From positions 5,460,001-5,492,000 of the forward strand of contig NZ_CP074694.1 of assembly GCF_018398935.1 (NCBI RefSeq): a stretch of DNA of 32,000 nt, in the 5' to 3' direction. Position 1 is the first letter of the stretch; each line of letters starts with the position of its first letter. Under the pieces are notes generated by a model. The model ran no database searches, was not told the origin of the DNA, and saw only the letters and a program-made list of their open reading frames with translations. Shown here piece after piece: positions 8,701-17,199 of the stretch. This DNA comes from Telmatocola sphagniphila (GTDB lineage: Bacteria > Planctomycetota > Planctomycetia > Gemmatales > Gemmataceae). The position numbers and the translations under genes were made by a program.

Positions 8701-9047
8701 TCATGACTCGACCGGCGTTTTTGACCGCGCCGTACATTGAAAGCCACCCGGTAGGCAATGCGATGGAGCCAACCCGCCAGATTAGAACCGCGATGCAAAA
8801 TATTGGCTTTTCTAGACAGGATCACAAACACGGCCTGGCAAGCATCTTCGGCTTCCGCCGGGTTCGGGAGCAACCGGTTGCAGACGCCGTACACCATCGG
8901 CGCATGTCGCCAGAAAAGCAGGTCGAAAGCCAGGGAGTCGCGATTTTGCACGTAACGCTCGAGCAGTTGCGCATCGGTTACCGCCGCCGCTTTCATTTCA
9001 AGATCGGCACGCAGCGAATGAATCAGCGACTTAAGAATCGGCGTCAT
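5793..9047 (-). CDS. ECF-type sigma-70 family factor fused to a transmembrane segment and a large WD40-repeat domain
   Basis: The start was chosen at ATG 9047 (GGAG 8 nt upstream) rather than the track start at 9104. Sigma region 2: FDLLFWRHAPMVYGVCNRLL...DACQAVFVIL. Region 4 HTH: LPSRYRDPLVLCELEGRSREAAACELKIPVGTLDSRLSRARERLR. Hydrophobic span: LAFIAASVLLVSGTVYNTL. Many WD40-like blades follow, e.g. GEVVALAYSPDSKMLASASLD..VRIWD, GHKDYPFQKSFSADGSRLATGGLDKAIFIWD, GFSPNGKLLATGDADGHLRLWE and GHKTSVSGNFSPDGKLLVAASEDAPCYIWE. The protein ends with a helical tail. Confidence 0.85.
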   Translation of the reverse strand: MTPILKSLIHSLRADLEMKAAAVTDAQLLERYVQNRDSLAFDLLFWRHAPMVYGVCNRLLPNPAEAEDACQAVFVILSRKANILHRGSNLAGWLHRIAYRVAFNVRRGQKRRSSHEQKAARSEVIHCDPLQAAISREILQILDAEITRLPSRYRDPLVLCELEGRSREAAACELKIPVGTLDSRLSRARERLRTRLKVVALPSLLASTIPNTINASAILAPALSSTVLPLAGGVGALAFKKSLAFIAASVLLVSGTVYNTLNSQQPEKEKPSEKAVQKPLEMPPEKNYIDPEGAPLPPGALVRLGTQRFRHAGEVVALAYSPDSKMLASASLDPKDSTVRIWDSEKGKELLRIQQPSEPRSQGVLSSKEISLGFSQDNKKLFIADQKAIRIWNIEEQKEIANFDLRLDPKLSHRLVAVKITPNGKNAIYIWQNESIELRSLTDGKVIHRVATITDSREIELAFTTKGDRFVFAGKPDKSIQIFEVATLRNIGTIPAPVDSLYRVRFLDDGQNLVLLTGRNENFVRNVEIIDIHSKKMLRSAKVDTYASCIDVSPDGKLIVVGNGQGNFIEIVDAVSLNKIGRLHSFHYQQDLVFSPNGSSLTGIIFGSSTISLWDLSTRNYLPNSPEQRDFFESLFSSDGKSLILTRSHFLTSIDWRTGKTISRTKEPNYEFGASITYSADCKLKVFNKQMDKSSSQSPNTLLIAEASTGKVLHELVGHKDYPFQKSFSADGSRLATGGLDKAIFIWDVKSGKQIAHFTPDQLNGFEKFLLSNDGRKLITNRYQENQKHYEISVWDVENTKKILAITDPTLIYRQLAISPGGSYLACNSASTNPASSEGNSNPCSVTIWSLAKGERFQTLPSHSQLFGNPGIWIGFSPNGKLLATGDADGHLRLWEVATGKEMFAFEGHKTSVSGNFSPDGKLLVAASEDAPCYIWEVIPTQPLKCDPEQSFKDLGDEDAKKAFQAIRALASNPNLALEVIRKNLKPLPAPDPKQVENWIKDLDSNRFAAREKATAELVKIADRIPKELSKAEQIVGVEGRGRLKTILESIGTPSPEYLKQLRAVQVFDYIGTPEAKKLAETFR

Positions 9048-9244
9048 GCAGGCGGTCTCCTGGGGGCTATCCAACAAGATAACACCGCTCGAACCGCAAA
9101 CCATTCCGTATTTTTGTATTTTCAGGCGATGTTTTTTCGTCTTGGAATTGGATCGTTAGCTGATCTGCAGAAGGCGTCTGACTCTCAACTTCGCCATCGA
9201 GACAAACTCATTTAACGTCGAAGGCGAAATTGACTACTCGCCGG

Positions 9245-12226
9245 TCAATCCTGTGGGTAGCCGACGTACTGGCCTTCGGGAACTTGATCGGTGTTGTAGA
9301 GCTTGTTGTTCTTGGAGTAGCGCAAAAAAGTCAGATCGTTCTTGGGATCCAATGAAAGTGCACTCGTTGCCATCGCGCCGCGCAGGCTGTCGAAAAGCGG
9401 TGCCCCTTCGATCCAGTAATAGTCGCGCAGATTATTCTCGGCGACCAGCCAACTCGGTTTGGAAAGTCCCGGCTGCTTGCTATCCAAAAACGATTCGAGA
9501 ACCGAAGGTTCCCACGGCAAATTCGAAGCCGGCGTCCAGACATGAATCGGGCTTTTCCAGCCCTGATCGTCGAAAGCGAGTTTATTCCAATTCTCCGCCT
9601 TATTGGTCGAAACTTTCCAACTCGCATCGGTCGCGACTAATTGTTGCTTGCTGTCGGATAGTACAATCTGCGCCCACAATCCTGCCGGCGTGTAATTCTC
9701 CCGGGCTACCGGGTCCGTTTCGTGAACTCCCTCCACGGCAATCAGATTGTCTCCCGCCTTCAACTTGCTGCTAATATCGAAATGATAGATCCGGCGGGTG
9801 AAGTATTTGGTCGGGCTCTTCGCCACTTCCTCGCCGTTGATCCAGACGGTAAAGCTGTCGTCGCAGCCCAAATCCAAAAAGGCCTTCTTGGGCTGTTCGC
9901 CCACCTTGAAGGTTTTTCGGAAATAGCAGGTGCCCGGCTTCACGCCCCGGCCCAGAGCGATCGATTCTTCGCGCAGCCAGATCCAGTCGGCATTCAACTT
10001 CGGCTGCTGGCCAAGCCCTTCAATGGCGGAAACCACCGAAGAGTTGTGGCTGGTCGGATTGGCAAACAGATTGTTCCGAACGGTGAGTTTGCCTTGCTGA
10101 AAACCGGGAATCGAATCGAAGTGGAAGCCAGAACGGATCTCGACGAAAACGTTATTCTCGATGAGCCCCTGGATCGACTTCTGCTCCGAAGCACCGCGAA
10201 AAGCGAAGGCATTGTCGAGACGATAGAAGCGGTTTTTCTTCCAGTCCACCTGCACGAGTTCAGAGCTGATTCTATTGGCCGCCTGGAACGATCCCTCGAA
10301 GCGGCATTCCTGCACGCGAATGAACTGATTGGATTGACCATCGAAATTGATCGCCGAATCGACGTTAGTGTTCGAGTTGTTCATAAAGCGGACGCGCTGC
10401 AGGTTCACCGGCCGCTCCAAGGTCCCCCTCGCATCCCGAAAGTGGATCCCCGAGTTCAAAAAGCCGGTGAGGTCACAATCCTGAATGGTGAACCCGGCGC
10501 AGGGGCCGCTGAGTTGAATCAGTTCGTCGGTATTGTCGTTCCCGTCGAAGCGGAAGTTTCGAAACGCCGCCGAGCTGTTGTTGATTTCCAGCATCGGTTT
10601 GCCCGCCGGGGTCTGGCTATCCCAGATCACATGTTCCCCGGGTCGAGTGGGTTCCCCCTGAAAGGAGGCTTTGAAACCGGCGGGAATGACGATCGGTTCG
10701 CGAACACGATCGCCGCGCACGATGATCGTACTTCCGGGCGTGGCCGAATCGATGGCTTCCTGCAGAGTTTTCTTCTCGACTTCCTGGCCCCCGCTCGAGA
10801 GGTGGAAAGTCGCCCGGACGGCGCTGTTTTCCAGGCCGTTCGAAGATTGGTTGGGAGAGTTCTTGGCCGGATCCTTCTCGTCATTCTTTGCGTTGGCGTT
10901 ATTGCCGCGATTGCTAATCACATAGAACAGGGCAATCACCAGAGCCAGGATGACTCCGCCGCCAATGGCATAGATGCCGGTCTTCTTATCCGATTTCGTC
11001 TGGGTTTTTCGAAGGGAACCGGTGCTGTAGCGGGCCGAACCATTCGATTTCGGAAACCGGCGTGAAGCCATCGAAACGCTGGAAACCGGGCTGCCATTCG
11101 ACGTCGAATGAATTCCGTTCCCGGTCGGCTCACCGCTCGAAGATCCCCCACCTAAGTAAGGAATCTCTTCCATGCTCGGCGGGTCGATCGGTGTGGAAGT
11201 CCAGGGCTCCAATGCCAGGGCGACCTCTTCCGGAGTCTGGAAGCGATCGTCCGGATTCTTGGCCATCATCTTGCGAACGATGTCCGCCATCGCCGTCGGT
11301 ATTTCCGCGCGCAGAGTTTCCAGTTTCACCGGTTCGTGCGTCTGGTGGTAGAGCAGTTTCTGAACCGAGGAGGCTCCGTCGAACGGCGCTCGCCCGGCCA
11401 ATATGAAATAGAAGGTCGCCCCGAGGCTGTAGATGTCGGTGCGGTTGTCGACGTTGTGGCTTTCGATGGCCTGTTCGGGGGAGATGTAGTCGGCCGTGCC
11501 GAGAATCCCCTGTTCGTCGAGATTCTTGGTCAGTTTATCGGCCCGATCATCCAGGTAGCGTGCCAGACCCAGGTCCAGAATTCGCAGCGTGCCGTCGCGG
11601 TCGATCAGCAGGTTGCCCGGCTTGATGTCGCGATGGGCTAAACCCGAATTGTGAATGTATTGTAGGCCCAGCGCGGCCTGCGCGATGTAGTGGGCCGCCC
11701 GAACTGGATCGAGCGGTCCTTTTTTGGAAACCAGATCGTGCAGTGAAACGCCTTCGACGTAATCCATCACCAGATAGTAGAAATTGTCCTGGCGGTCGAT
11801 GTCGTGGGCCCGCACCAGATTCGGGTGATTCAAGCCGGCGGCCGCTCGAGCCTCCCGGAAAAACCGTTCCACCGAAACTTGATCATTCGTCGACTTGGCC
11901 GGCAAAATCTTCATGGCCACGTTATGATTCATCGTCGTATGCTTGCACAGGTAGACGGTGCCCATACCTCCCGAACCGAGTGGCTGCATGACTTTGAACT
12001 TACCGACGACAAATCCTTTGTAGCGCCCCTTCAACATGTTCTTGACGTGGAATTCCGTCAGCAGCCCAGAAGTGATCAGCGTGCGAGCGAACTCATGCAT
12101 GGTTCGCGGCGGCGTGGGAAGCTTCCGAAGGCTCATGACGTGTTCGCGAAGAGCATCCGGCGGGACCAGACCGCTTTTCTGGACGATCAACAGAAAAGCA
12201 TCCGCGGTAGTGGGAGGAATTGGCAT
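9245..12226 (-). CDS. Membrane-anchored Hanks-type Ser/Thr protein kinase with a C-terminal extracytoplasmic beta-helix and galactose-binding-like domains
   Basis: Kinase motifs: GSGGMGTVYLCKH, VAMKIL (ATP-binding Lys), HRDIKPGNLLI (catalytic loop), DLGLAR and SPEQ. TM helix: GIYAIGGGVILALVIALFYVI. The roughly 550-aa ectodomain has parallel-beta-helix-like repeats (IQDCDLTGF, RVQECRFEG, IENNVFVE, TVRNNLFAN). It also has a jelly-roll-like module (CYFRKTFKV...AFLDLGCDDSFTVWINGEEV). Confidence 0.9.
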   Translation of the reverse strand: MPIPPTTADAFLLIVQKSGLVPPDALREHVMSLRKLPTPPRTMHEFARTLITSGLLTEFHVKNMLKGRYKGFVVGKFKVMQPLGSGGMGTVYLCKHTTMNHNVAMKILPAKSTNDQVSVERFFREARAAAGLNHPNLVRAHDIDRQDNFYYLVMDYVEGVSLHDLVSKKGPLDPVRAAHYIAQAALGLQYIHNSGLAHRDIKPGNLLIDRDGTLRILDLGLARYLDDRADKLTKNLDEQGILGTADYISPEQAIESHNVDNRTDIYSLGATFYFILAGRAPFDGASSVQKLLYHQTHEPVKLETLRAEIPTAMADIVRKMMAKNPDDRFQTPEEVALALEPWTSTPIDPPSMEEIPYLGGGSSSGEPTGNGIHSTSNGSPVSSVSMASRRFPKSNGSARYSTGSLRKTQTKSDKKTGIYAIGGGVILALVIALFYVISNRGNNANAKNDEKDPAKNSPNQSSNGLENSAVRATFHLSSGGQEVEKKTLQEAIDSATPGSTIIVRGDRVREPIVIPAGFKASFQGEPTRPGEHVIWDSQTPAGKPMLEINNSSAAFRNFRFDGNDNTDELIQLSGPCAGFTIQDCDLTGFLNSGIHFRDARGTLERPVNLQRVRFMNNSNTNVDSAINFDGQSNQFIRVQECRFEGSFQAANRISSELVQVDWKKNRFYRLDNAFAFRGASEQKSIQGLIENNVFVEIRSGFHFDSIPGFQQGKLTVRNNLFANPTSHNSSVVSAIEGLGQQPKLNADWIWLREESIALGRGVKPGTCYFRKTFKVGEQPKKAFLDLGCDDSFTVWINGEEVAKSPTKYFTRRIYHFDISSKLKAGDNLIAVEGVHETDPVARENYTPAGLWAQIVLSDSKQQLVATDASWKVSTNKAENWNKLAFDDQGWKSPIHVWTPASNLPWEPSVLESFLDSKQPGLSKPSWLVAENNLRDYYWIEGAPLFDSLRGAMATSALSLDPKNDLTFLRYSKNNKLYNTDQVPEGQYVGYPQD

Positions 12227-12604
12227 GACCGAGTCGCTGGTCCTTTACGCGGGCGGATAGCTCATCGTTAATAAAACAATCAAGCGAATATATAAATGCA
12301 CTAAGTGCAAGTTAACTAACCTACCGAGATTACCCCCAATTTTAATCCAGGTGCAATTCATTTCGCGCCTGAAAAAAAGCCGGGAGACTCGGATTATTTT
12401 CAGAAGCTGGGACAAAATTCGGGATCTGCTCGATAAACGCAAGTTCATTTAGCAAATAACGAGCTTCTATGCCCGGCGAGTTCTTGACTTCCACTAATAT
12501 AGATTAGATTTGGATCGAAAGGAAATGCGCTTCCCTATTGAATTTACGTTCATTACCCTACAGGACGGCTCAGGAGTTCCAGCTGTCATTCTCCGAACAG
12601 ATTT

Positions 12605-15600
12605 TCATTCCTTCCGGTGTGAAAATATCCTGTCCACCCGGGTGGTGTTGCCCTGATTATCACGGATTGTGACAATGATCTCCCCCCGTTCGATTATGGC
12701 CGGGGCTGAACTCAATTGGAGTTCCCAGATCCCGGTCTCCCGTTTCTTAAATAGAGAGGATAAATCGCTGCCGGGCTTCTGACCGTTCACCTCGAAATCG
12801 GCCTTCACGGTCCAGGAATCCTGATCGAGCCCCGAATTCACATCCCACAGGCCGATCAGGATTCGGTTAAACTCCTTGTTCACTCCCGGCTGAGGCGAGG
12901 TGACGGTTACCACCGGGCGTTGATCGTCGCAAAACCAGCCAAAACCGCCGCTTGTGCGGGCGGGGTGGTAATCGATATCCAATGGACAGCCCAGATCGAT
13001 CCAGCGGGCGATGTTCCGCTTGTCTTCCTCGGTTAACGGTTCGACTTGAATAGTCTTCCCATCCGGCGTCTTATAAGTCCCAGCCACCGCTTCGGGTGGG
13101 GGCATGATGCTGCCGGTGTAATCGAGATCGGCCTTGTTCAGGTTTTCCCGGGTCGGCGGTAGGCTCTGGCCGTGGAAGGTCAGGGTCGAGGGGTCGCCCG
13201 GTTTGGTTTCCGTAGGGAAATCCTCGTTGGTCCAGCCGTCGAGCCGGCGGCCGAAGACTTTCCATACCAGAAGACTGCGGCGCGATTGAAATTCGCGGAT
13301 ATAGCGGGAAGCGTTGGTCTGCCGCCAGCTACCGATCAGCGGTTTGTAGCCGAATTTGGCTTCTTTATCCATCGCCAGTCGGAAGTAAGTGGATGGTACC
13401 GGATGATCGTGCCGGATGGGGTAGGGCCGGTTGTCATCGAGCACTAACTTCGCCGCGGCCTCGCCCGACTTCTCAGTATGGCAGGCCACGCAGCTTTTTT
13501 CGAAGATCGGTTTGATGTCCCGGAAGTATTCCACATCGCGCACACTCTTCTCGTAGCGGATACCCGTCTGCCGATCCTTATCCCACTGCTGATGCGATTG
13601 ATCCTGCTCGGCCGTGGTGATCATCGGGAATTTTTCCACCAGATCGAACGGCACGTAATCTTTCTGGGCCGCTTTCGTTTTGGCGAATTCGGTCGGCTTC
13701 TGGCTATGGGCGTGGCAGCCGCCGCAGTCGTGTCGGATCTCGCCGGGCCGGAGTTGGTGCCACGTCTGCGACATGTTCAGAACCATGCCATTTTTGTCGA
13801 GTGTCTGGAAGGTGAACGCCGTGTCGGCCGGGATACGGGCCAGGAAGCTGGTATCCGGATTGCCATCGGTATCCAGAGGTTCTTTGCCGTCTTTATCGAA
13901 CTTGCGCACGGGAATTTCCCCAAGAATGCGCAGCCGTTCGTTGGCATGATTGCGGAACAACCGGCCCGCTTTCGGCCCGCCTTTACGGCGATCGGTCGTC
14001 GGCTCCATTAACAGAATTCGAATGGCGTGAATGTCGTCGTTGGAATACTTCCCGGCCTCCGCCCCCTGGTTGAACCAGTTCAGCGAAGCGCCATTTTCGG
14101 CCGTGTTAAACGGGTCGAGCCCGGCGTAACCGCTTTTATCTTCGCCTTTAAAGCCGGCGGTGACGGTGCCCGCCGCCACGTAGCCGTTTGGATAGCTCTC
14201 GCGCTTGTAAAGACTGGAAGTACCTATCAGCCCGAAGGGGGTACCAGCGGGCAGATAGGTTGAGAGCGAACCATCGTTGCGATAGCGCGGCAGTGTCTTG
14301 GGTTCTTTGATGCCGTAGATCCGCTCGTAGGGTACGACCGCCTTGGGGAAGATTTCGTTATATCGGGGATCGTTTTTGATCAGCCGCATTTGCCCCGGCT
14401 CATCAATCGGTTTGCCGCCGAGGATCATGTAGATACCGGCATCCACGACCGGATTTCGCTGCACGAGATGCGTATTCACCGGTCCCGGCGACCAGACTAC
14501 CAGCAAATTGTTTTCGGGGGCCGGGGCGGGATGCGTGAACTTTCCCACGGCAATGCTCTGGGGATCTTTCAAGTCGCTCGGCCCGGCCGGACCTTCCGCG
14601 TTGGAGGCGAACCGGGTGAACGACTCCACGCCATGAGGCGAGAAGGGAAGTTTGTAATAGAGGCCTTTGCCGTTGTCGTAGCGGCCGAAACGCAACGGCG
14701 GATTTCGGGGATCTTCCATGTGCCCGGGGCCAAACGGCGGATACCCTTCGGGATTCGACGTGGGCAACTTCAGAAGAGATCCAAATCCGGCATTATTGTG
14801 GTTGTAGTATTCCTCGATTACTAATGAACCGTCCGAAAGCTGGGCCTGAAAATGGAACAGATTCGGCGCATTCACTGGATCGAAAGCGCTGACGATCGGT
14901 TCCCAGTTCGTGCCATCCGGATGAATGCCCCAGATGCCCCAGAGCAGATTGTTCCGCAAACCTTGCGATTCGAAAGAGCTGAACATAATCCGGCCATCTC
15001 TTAGCACAACGGGATGCAGAGCCATCCCGGCGTTCAGAAAGCCGATGCATTCCGTTTCCCCCGTGTCCTCATCCATTACGAACAGTTGCAGGCAGGGCGA
15101 GGAATGCTTGGGGGCCTGGAAGCCATAACGTGAGGAGACGAAAGCGAGCTTACCGCCAGGTAGTGGGCAGGGGCCGGTGTTGAAAACGCCGTGGTTGAAG
15201 TAAGTCCGGCCATTGTCCTCATTGCGATAGAGACGGCCCCAGGCGGTGGCTCCGGTGTTCGGCTCGTATTTCTGTTCGGTGAGCAGCGTCTTTTTGCCAC
15301 TAGCCAGATCGAGTTTGTAGATATCCGACCCGCCAAAGGGAGGCTGCGTGAACTGATTCGTCCCTTTCAGCCCGCGCAAATGGACGTAGTAAACTGATTT
15401 GCCATCCAGCGAAACCACCGGATCCATGATCGCCCCATCCAGGCCGCCCTGGACCAGCAGTTCTTCCTGGCCATCCGGATGAAGTAGCATCAGATCGGCA
15501 CCCGGCTCCATCAGCAGCGGGTGATCAATCTCCGGCCAGACGGTGGGGGTGCTGTCTCCCTTGCGGGGCATGCGGACATAGACGATGTCGAAATCGTACC

Positions 15601-15736
15601 TGACCGATTTGTCTTCCCGCAACGAAGGAGGCGTGATATTCAGCTTACCAAGAAACAGCGGCTCATCGGCCGGCTGGGAAAAGAGGCCGCCGAGGGAAAA
15701 TATCAGGAAAACCAAGGGCAGACAGAAGCGCATCAT
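12605..15736 (-). CDS. Secreted beta-propeller (TolB/PD40-like) protein with two c-type heme-binding CxxCH motifs
   Basis: Signal peptide MMRFCLPLVFLIFSLGGLFSQP. The N-terminal two thirds are propeller-like. CGGCH is at 13712-13726 (residues 671-675). CVACH is at 13478-13492 (residues 749-753), in the context YFRDIKPIFEKSCVACHTEK...LVLDD typical of the Planctomycete cytochrome c (PSCyt1) motif. Confidence 0.75.
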   Translation of the reverse strand: MMRFCLPLVFLIFSLGGLFSQPADEPLFLGKLNITPPSLREDKSVRYDFDIVYVRMPRKGDSTPTVWPEIDHPLLMEPGADLMLLHPDGQEELLVQGGLDGAIMDPVVSLDGKSVYYVHLRGLKGTNQFTQPPFGGSDIYKLDLASGKKTLLTEQKYEPNTGATAWGRLYRNEDNGRTYFNHGVFNTGPCPLPGGKLAFVSSRYGFQAPKHSSPCLQLFVMDEDTGETECIGFLNAGMALHPVVLRDGRIMFSSFESQGLRNNLLWGIWGIHPDGTNWEPIVSAFDPVNAPNLFHFQAQLSDGSLVIEEYYNHNNAGFGSLLKLPTSNPEGYPPFGPGHMEDPRNPPLRFGRYDNGKGLYYKLPFSPHGVESFTRFASNAEGPAGPSDLKDPQSIAVGKFTHPAPAPENNLLVVWSPGPVNTHLVQRNPVVDAGIYMILGGKPIDEPGQMRLIKNDPRYNEIFPKAVVPYERIYGIKEPKTLPRYRNDGSLSTYLPAGTPFGLIGTSSLYKRESYPNGYVAAGTVTAGFKGEDKSGYAGLDPFNTAENGASLNWFNQGAEAGKYSNDDIHAIRILLMEPTTDRRKGGPKAGRLFRNHANERLRILGEIPVRKFDKDGKEPLDTDGNPDTSFLARIPADTAFTFQTLDKNGMVLNMSQTWHQLRPGEIRHDCGGCHAHSQKPTEFAKTKAAQKDYVPFDLVEKFPMITTAEQDQSHQQWDKDRQTGIRYEKSVRDVEYFRDIKPIFEKSCVACHTEKSGEAAAKLVLDDNRPYPIRHDHPVPSTYFRLAMDKEAKFGYKPLIGSWRQTNASRYIREFQSRRSLLVWKVFGRRLDGWTNEDFPTETKPGDPSTLTFHGQSLPPTRENLNKADLDYTGSIMPPPEAVAGTYKTPDGKTIQVEPLTEEDKRNIARWIDLGCPLDIDYHPARTSGGFGWFCDDQRPVVTVTSPQPGVNKEFNRILIGLWDVNSGLDQDSWTVKADFEVNGQKPGSDLSSLFKKRETGIWELQLSSAPAIIERGEIIVTIRDNQGNTTRVDRIFSHRKE

Positions 15737-15968
15737 TTTGCTTCGGTAGGAGTGTGAAATTCGTGATTACGAAGCAATTGTAGGCGACAATTCGCCGAGA
15801 TATCGCCCGGTTGTCGCGACTTCTCGGATTCTTTGGTATCGATCGGGGCATTTTGAAAGTGCTTTTCTTTGCAGACATAAAGAATTTCTGTTGCGGCAAG
15901 AAATTTGTAGGGTTATAAAGGAGTCACCCAAATCCTTTTAATATCAAGCCTTAGAGCGAGCAGCGTCC

Positions 15969-16172
15969 ATGAGTAAACCTCAGAATGACGATCCCCTCGA
16001 GAAGGTATTGCGACAGCCTCCCTGGTCTAAACCGGTGGGGATGGAGGATTGTATCGCTTCAGATGAGATGACGTTCACAGAAGCGTGCGAATATTTGGAC
16101 TGGCTGGAATCCCATGGCGAACCACCCGGCCGCATCGAAATTCAAGCAGACGGTAAAGTAATCATCCGGTAA
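15969..16172 (+). CDS. Small hypothetical protein (67 aa)
   Basis: This is the only sizeable ORF in a 527-bp gap, and its composition is host-like. It has no recognisable motif and no clear ribosome-binding site. Confidence 0.3.
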   Translation: MSKPQNDDPLEKVLRQPPWSKPVGMEDCIASDEMTFTEACEYLDWLESHGEPPGRIEIQADGKVIIR

Positions 16173-16263
16173 ATTGCCGAATTTTTCCCTTCTCCGCCCT
16201 TTCCGCACATAGCTTTTGATTCCCGGCCCGGCTATTCTGTTCTGAATAGGAGCCGGGCTATTC

Positions 16264-17121
16264 ATGAATATGGCGGAATTTATTCAGCGGGATTTGGAGT
16301 CGCGGATTCGAGCCAACAACTTGGATCTCCCCGCGCTCAGCTTGCCCGCCTTGGCCAGGCACTATCAAGTCAGCTTTACCCCCGTTCGTCGCGCTTTGAA
16401 AAAACTGGTTGAGGAGGGCTTTCTCACACAACTGGATAATCGCCGTATTAAAGTTGCGGCTAATCCCCCGGACAAAGACAATAGCCCGCTGAATCGTCCG
16501 GTATTACCTCCTCGCTGGGAGGATGTCATCGCACACGAACTGCTGCTGATGAGTCTCCGCGGCCAAGCCGATTTTTTACGCGAAGAGGCTATGGCCGCAC
16601 ACTTCGGCATCGGCCGGATGCTGCTGCGCCAGACATTTTCCCGTCTCGCCGGGATGGGGGTGATCGAACATGTGCCGAGGCGTGGCTGGCGGATACGTCC
16701 TTTCGAAGAAAGGGATCTTCATTCCTTTCTCGAAATCCGGGAATTACTGGAAATTCAGGCGCTGCGCTCGGCCCGCGAGAACTTGGAAGCGCCGGTGTTG
16801 CAGCAGTTGCAGGCCGCTAATGAACCTTTGACGCCCGATGGTCCGCCCCGCATCGATAATTCGCTGCACGCCTACTTCATTGAGCGGGCTGGGAACCGAT
16901 TCATTTCCTCCTTCTTCTCTCAGAACGGCGGATACTTCCGCTGGCTGTTCGATAACGCCACCCTCGAAGCTCACTTGATTGCCGAAATGGCCTGCGAACA
17001 CGCGGCTATTCTGAAAGCGTCGTTGGATCGAGACTGGGCCACGGCCGAGAGTATCTTGAGCAAACATATCCGGGCTCAAGGCGCCATCGTGCAGCAATTG
17101 ATCGCTAAAGTGTCCGGGTAA
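16264..17121 (+). CDS. GntR-family transcriptional regulator with two winged-helix segments and an FCD-like effector domain
   Basis: LARHYQVSFTPVRRALKKLVEEGFL and MAAHFGIGRMLLRQTFSRLAGMGVIEHVPRRGWRIRP are both GntR-type HTH patterns. A helical FCD-like part follows (FLEIRELLEIQALRSA...). AGGAG lies 11 nt upstream of the ATG. Confidence 0.8.
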   Translation: MNMAEFIQRDLESRIRANNLDLPALSLPALARHYQVSFTPVRRALKKLVEEGFLTQLDNRRIKVAANPPDKDNSPLNRPVLPPRWEDVIAHELLLMSLRGQADFLREEAMAAHFGIGRMLLRQTFSRLAGMGVIEHVPRRGWRIRPFEERDLHSFLEIRELLEIQALRSARENLEAPVLQQLQAANEPLTPDGPPRIDNSLHAYFIERAGNRFISSFFSQNGGYFRWLFDNATLEAHLIAEMACEHAAILKASLDRDWATAESILSKHIRAQGAIVQQLIAKVSG

Positions 17122-17199
17122 AAGCGATTGTTCTTGCCTGAATTGCATCTTCGCGCCTTTTCCTTAAATTTTTGCTCAAGTCTGGTCGATTTCAGATAC

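Noticed and set aside
9048-9244. ECF-type autoregulatory promoter (GGAAC ... CGT) upstream of the sigma-WD40 gene, and a terminator after the kinase gene
   Set aside because: Only a weak GGAAT with no convincing -10 was found. An 11-bp stem with one mismatch (ttcgccatcga / tcgaaggcgaa) has a 17-nt loop and no T tract. Neither is strong enough to call.
9722-11065. 447-aa + strand ORF opposite the kinase gene
   Set aside because: It is an antisense shadow. The kinase strand carries unambiguous Hanks motifs.
12297-12309. Palindrome TGCAC-N3-GTGCA upstream of the kinase gene
   Set aside because: It is short (5-bp arms), occurs only once, and has no supporting promoter context.
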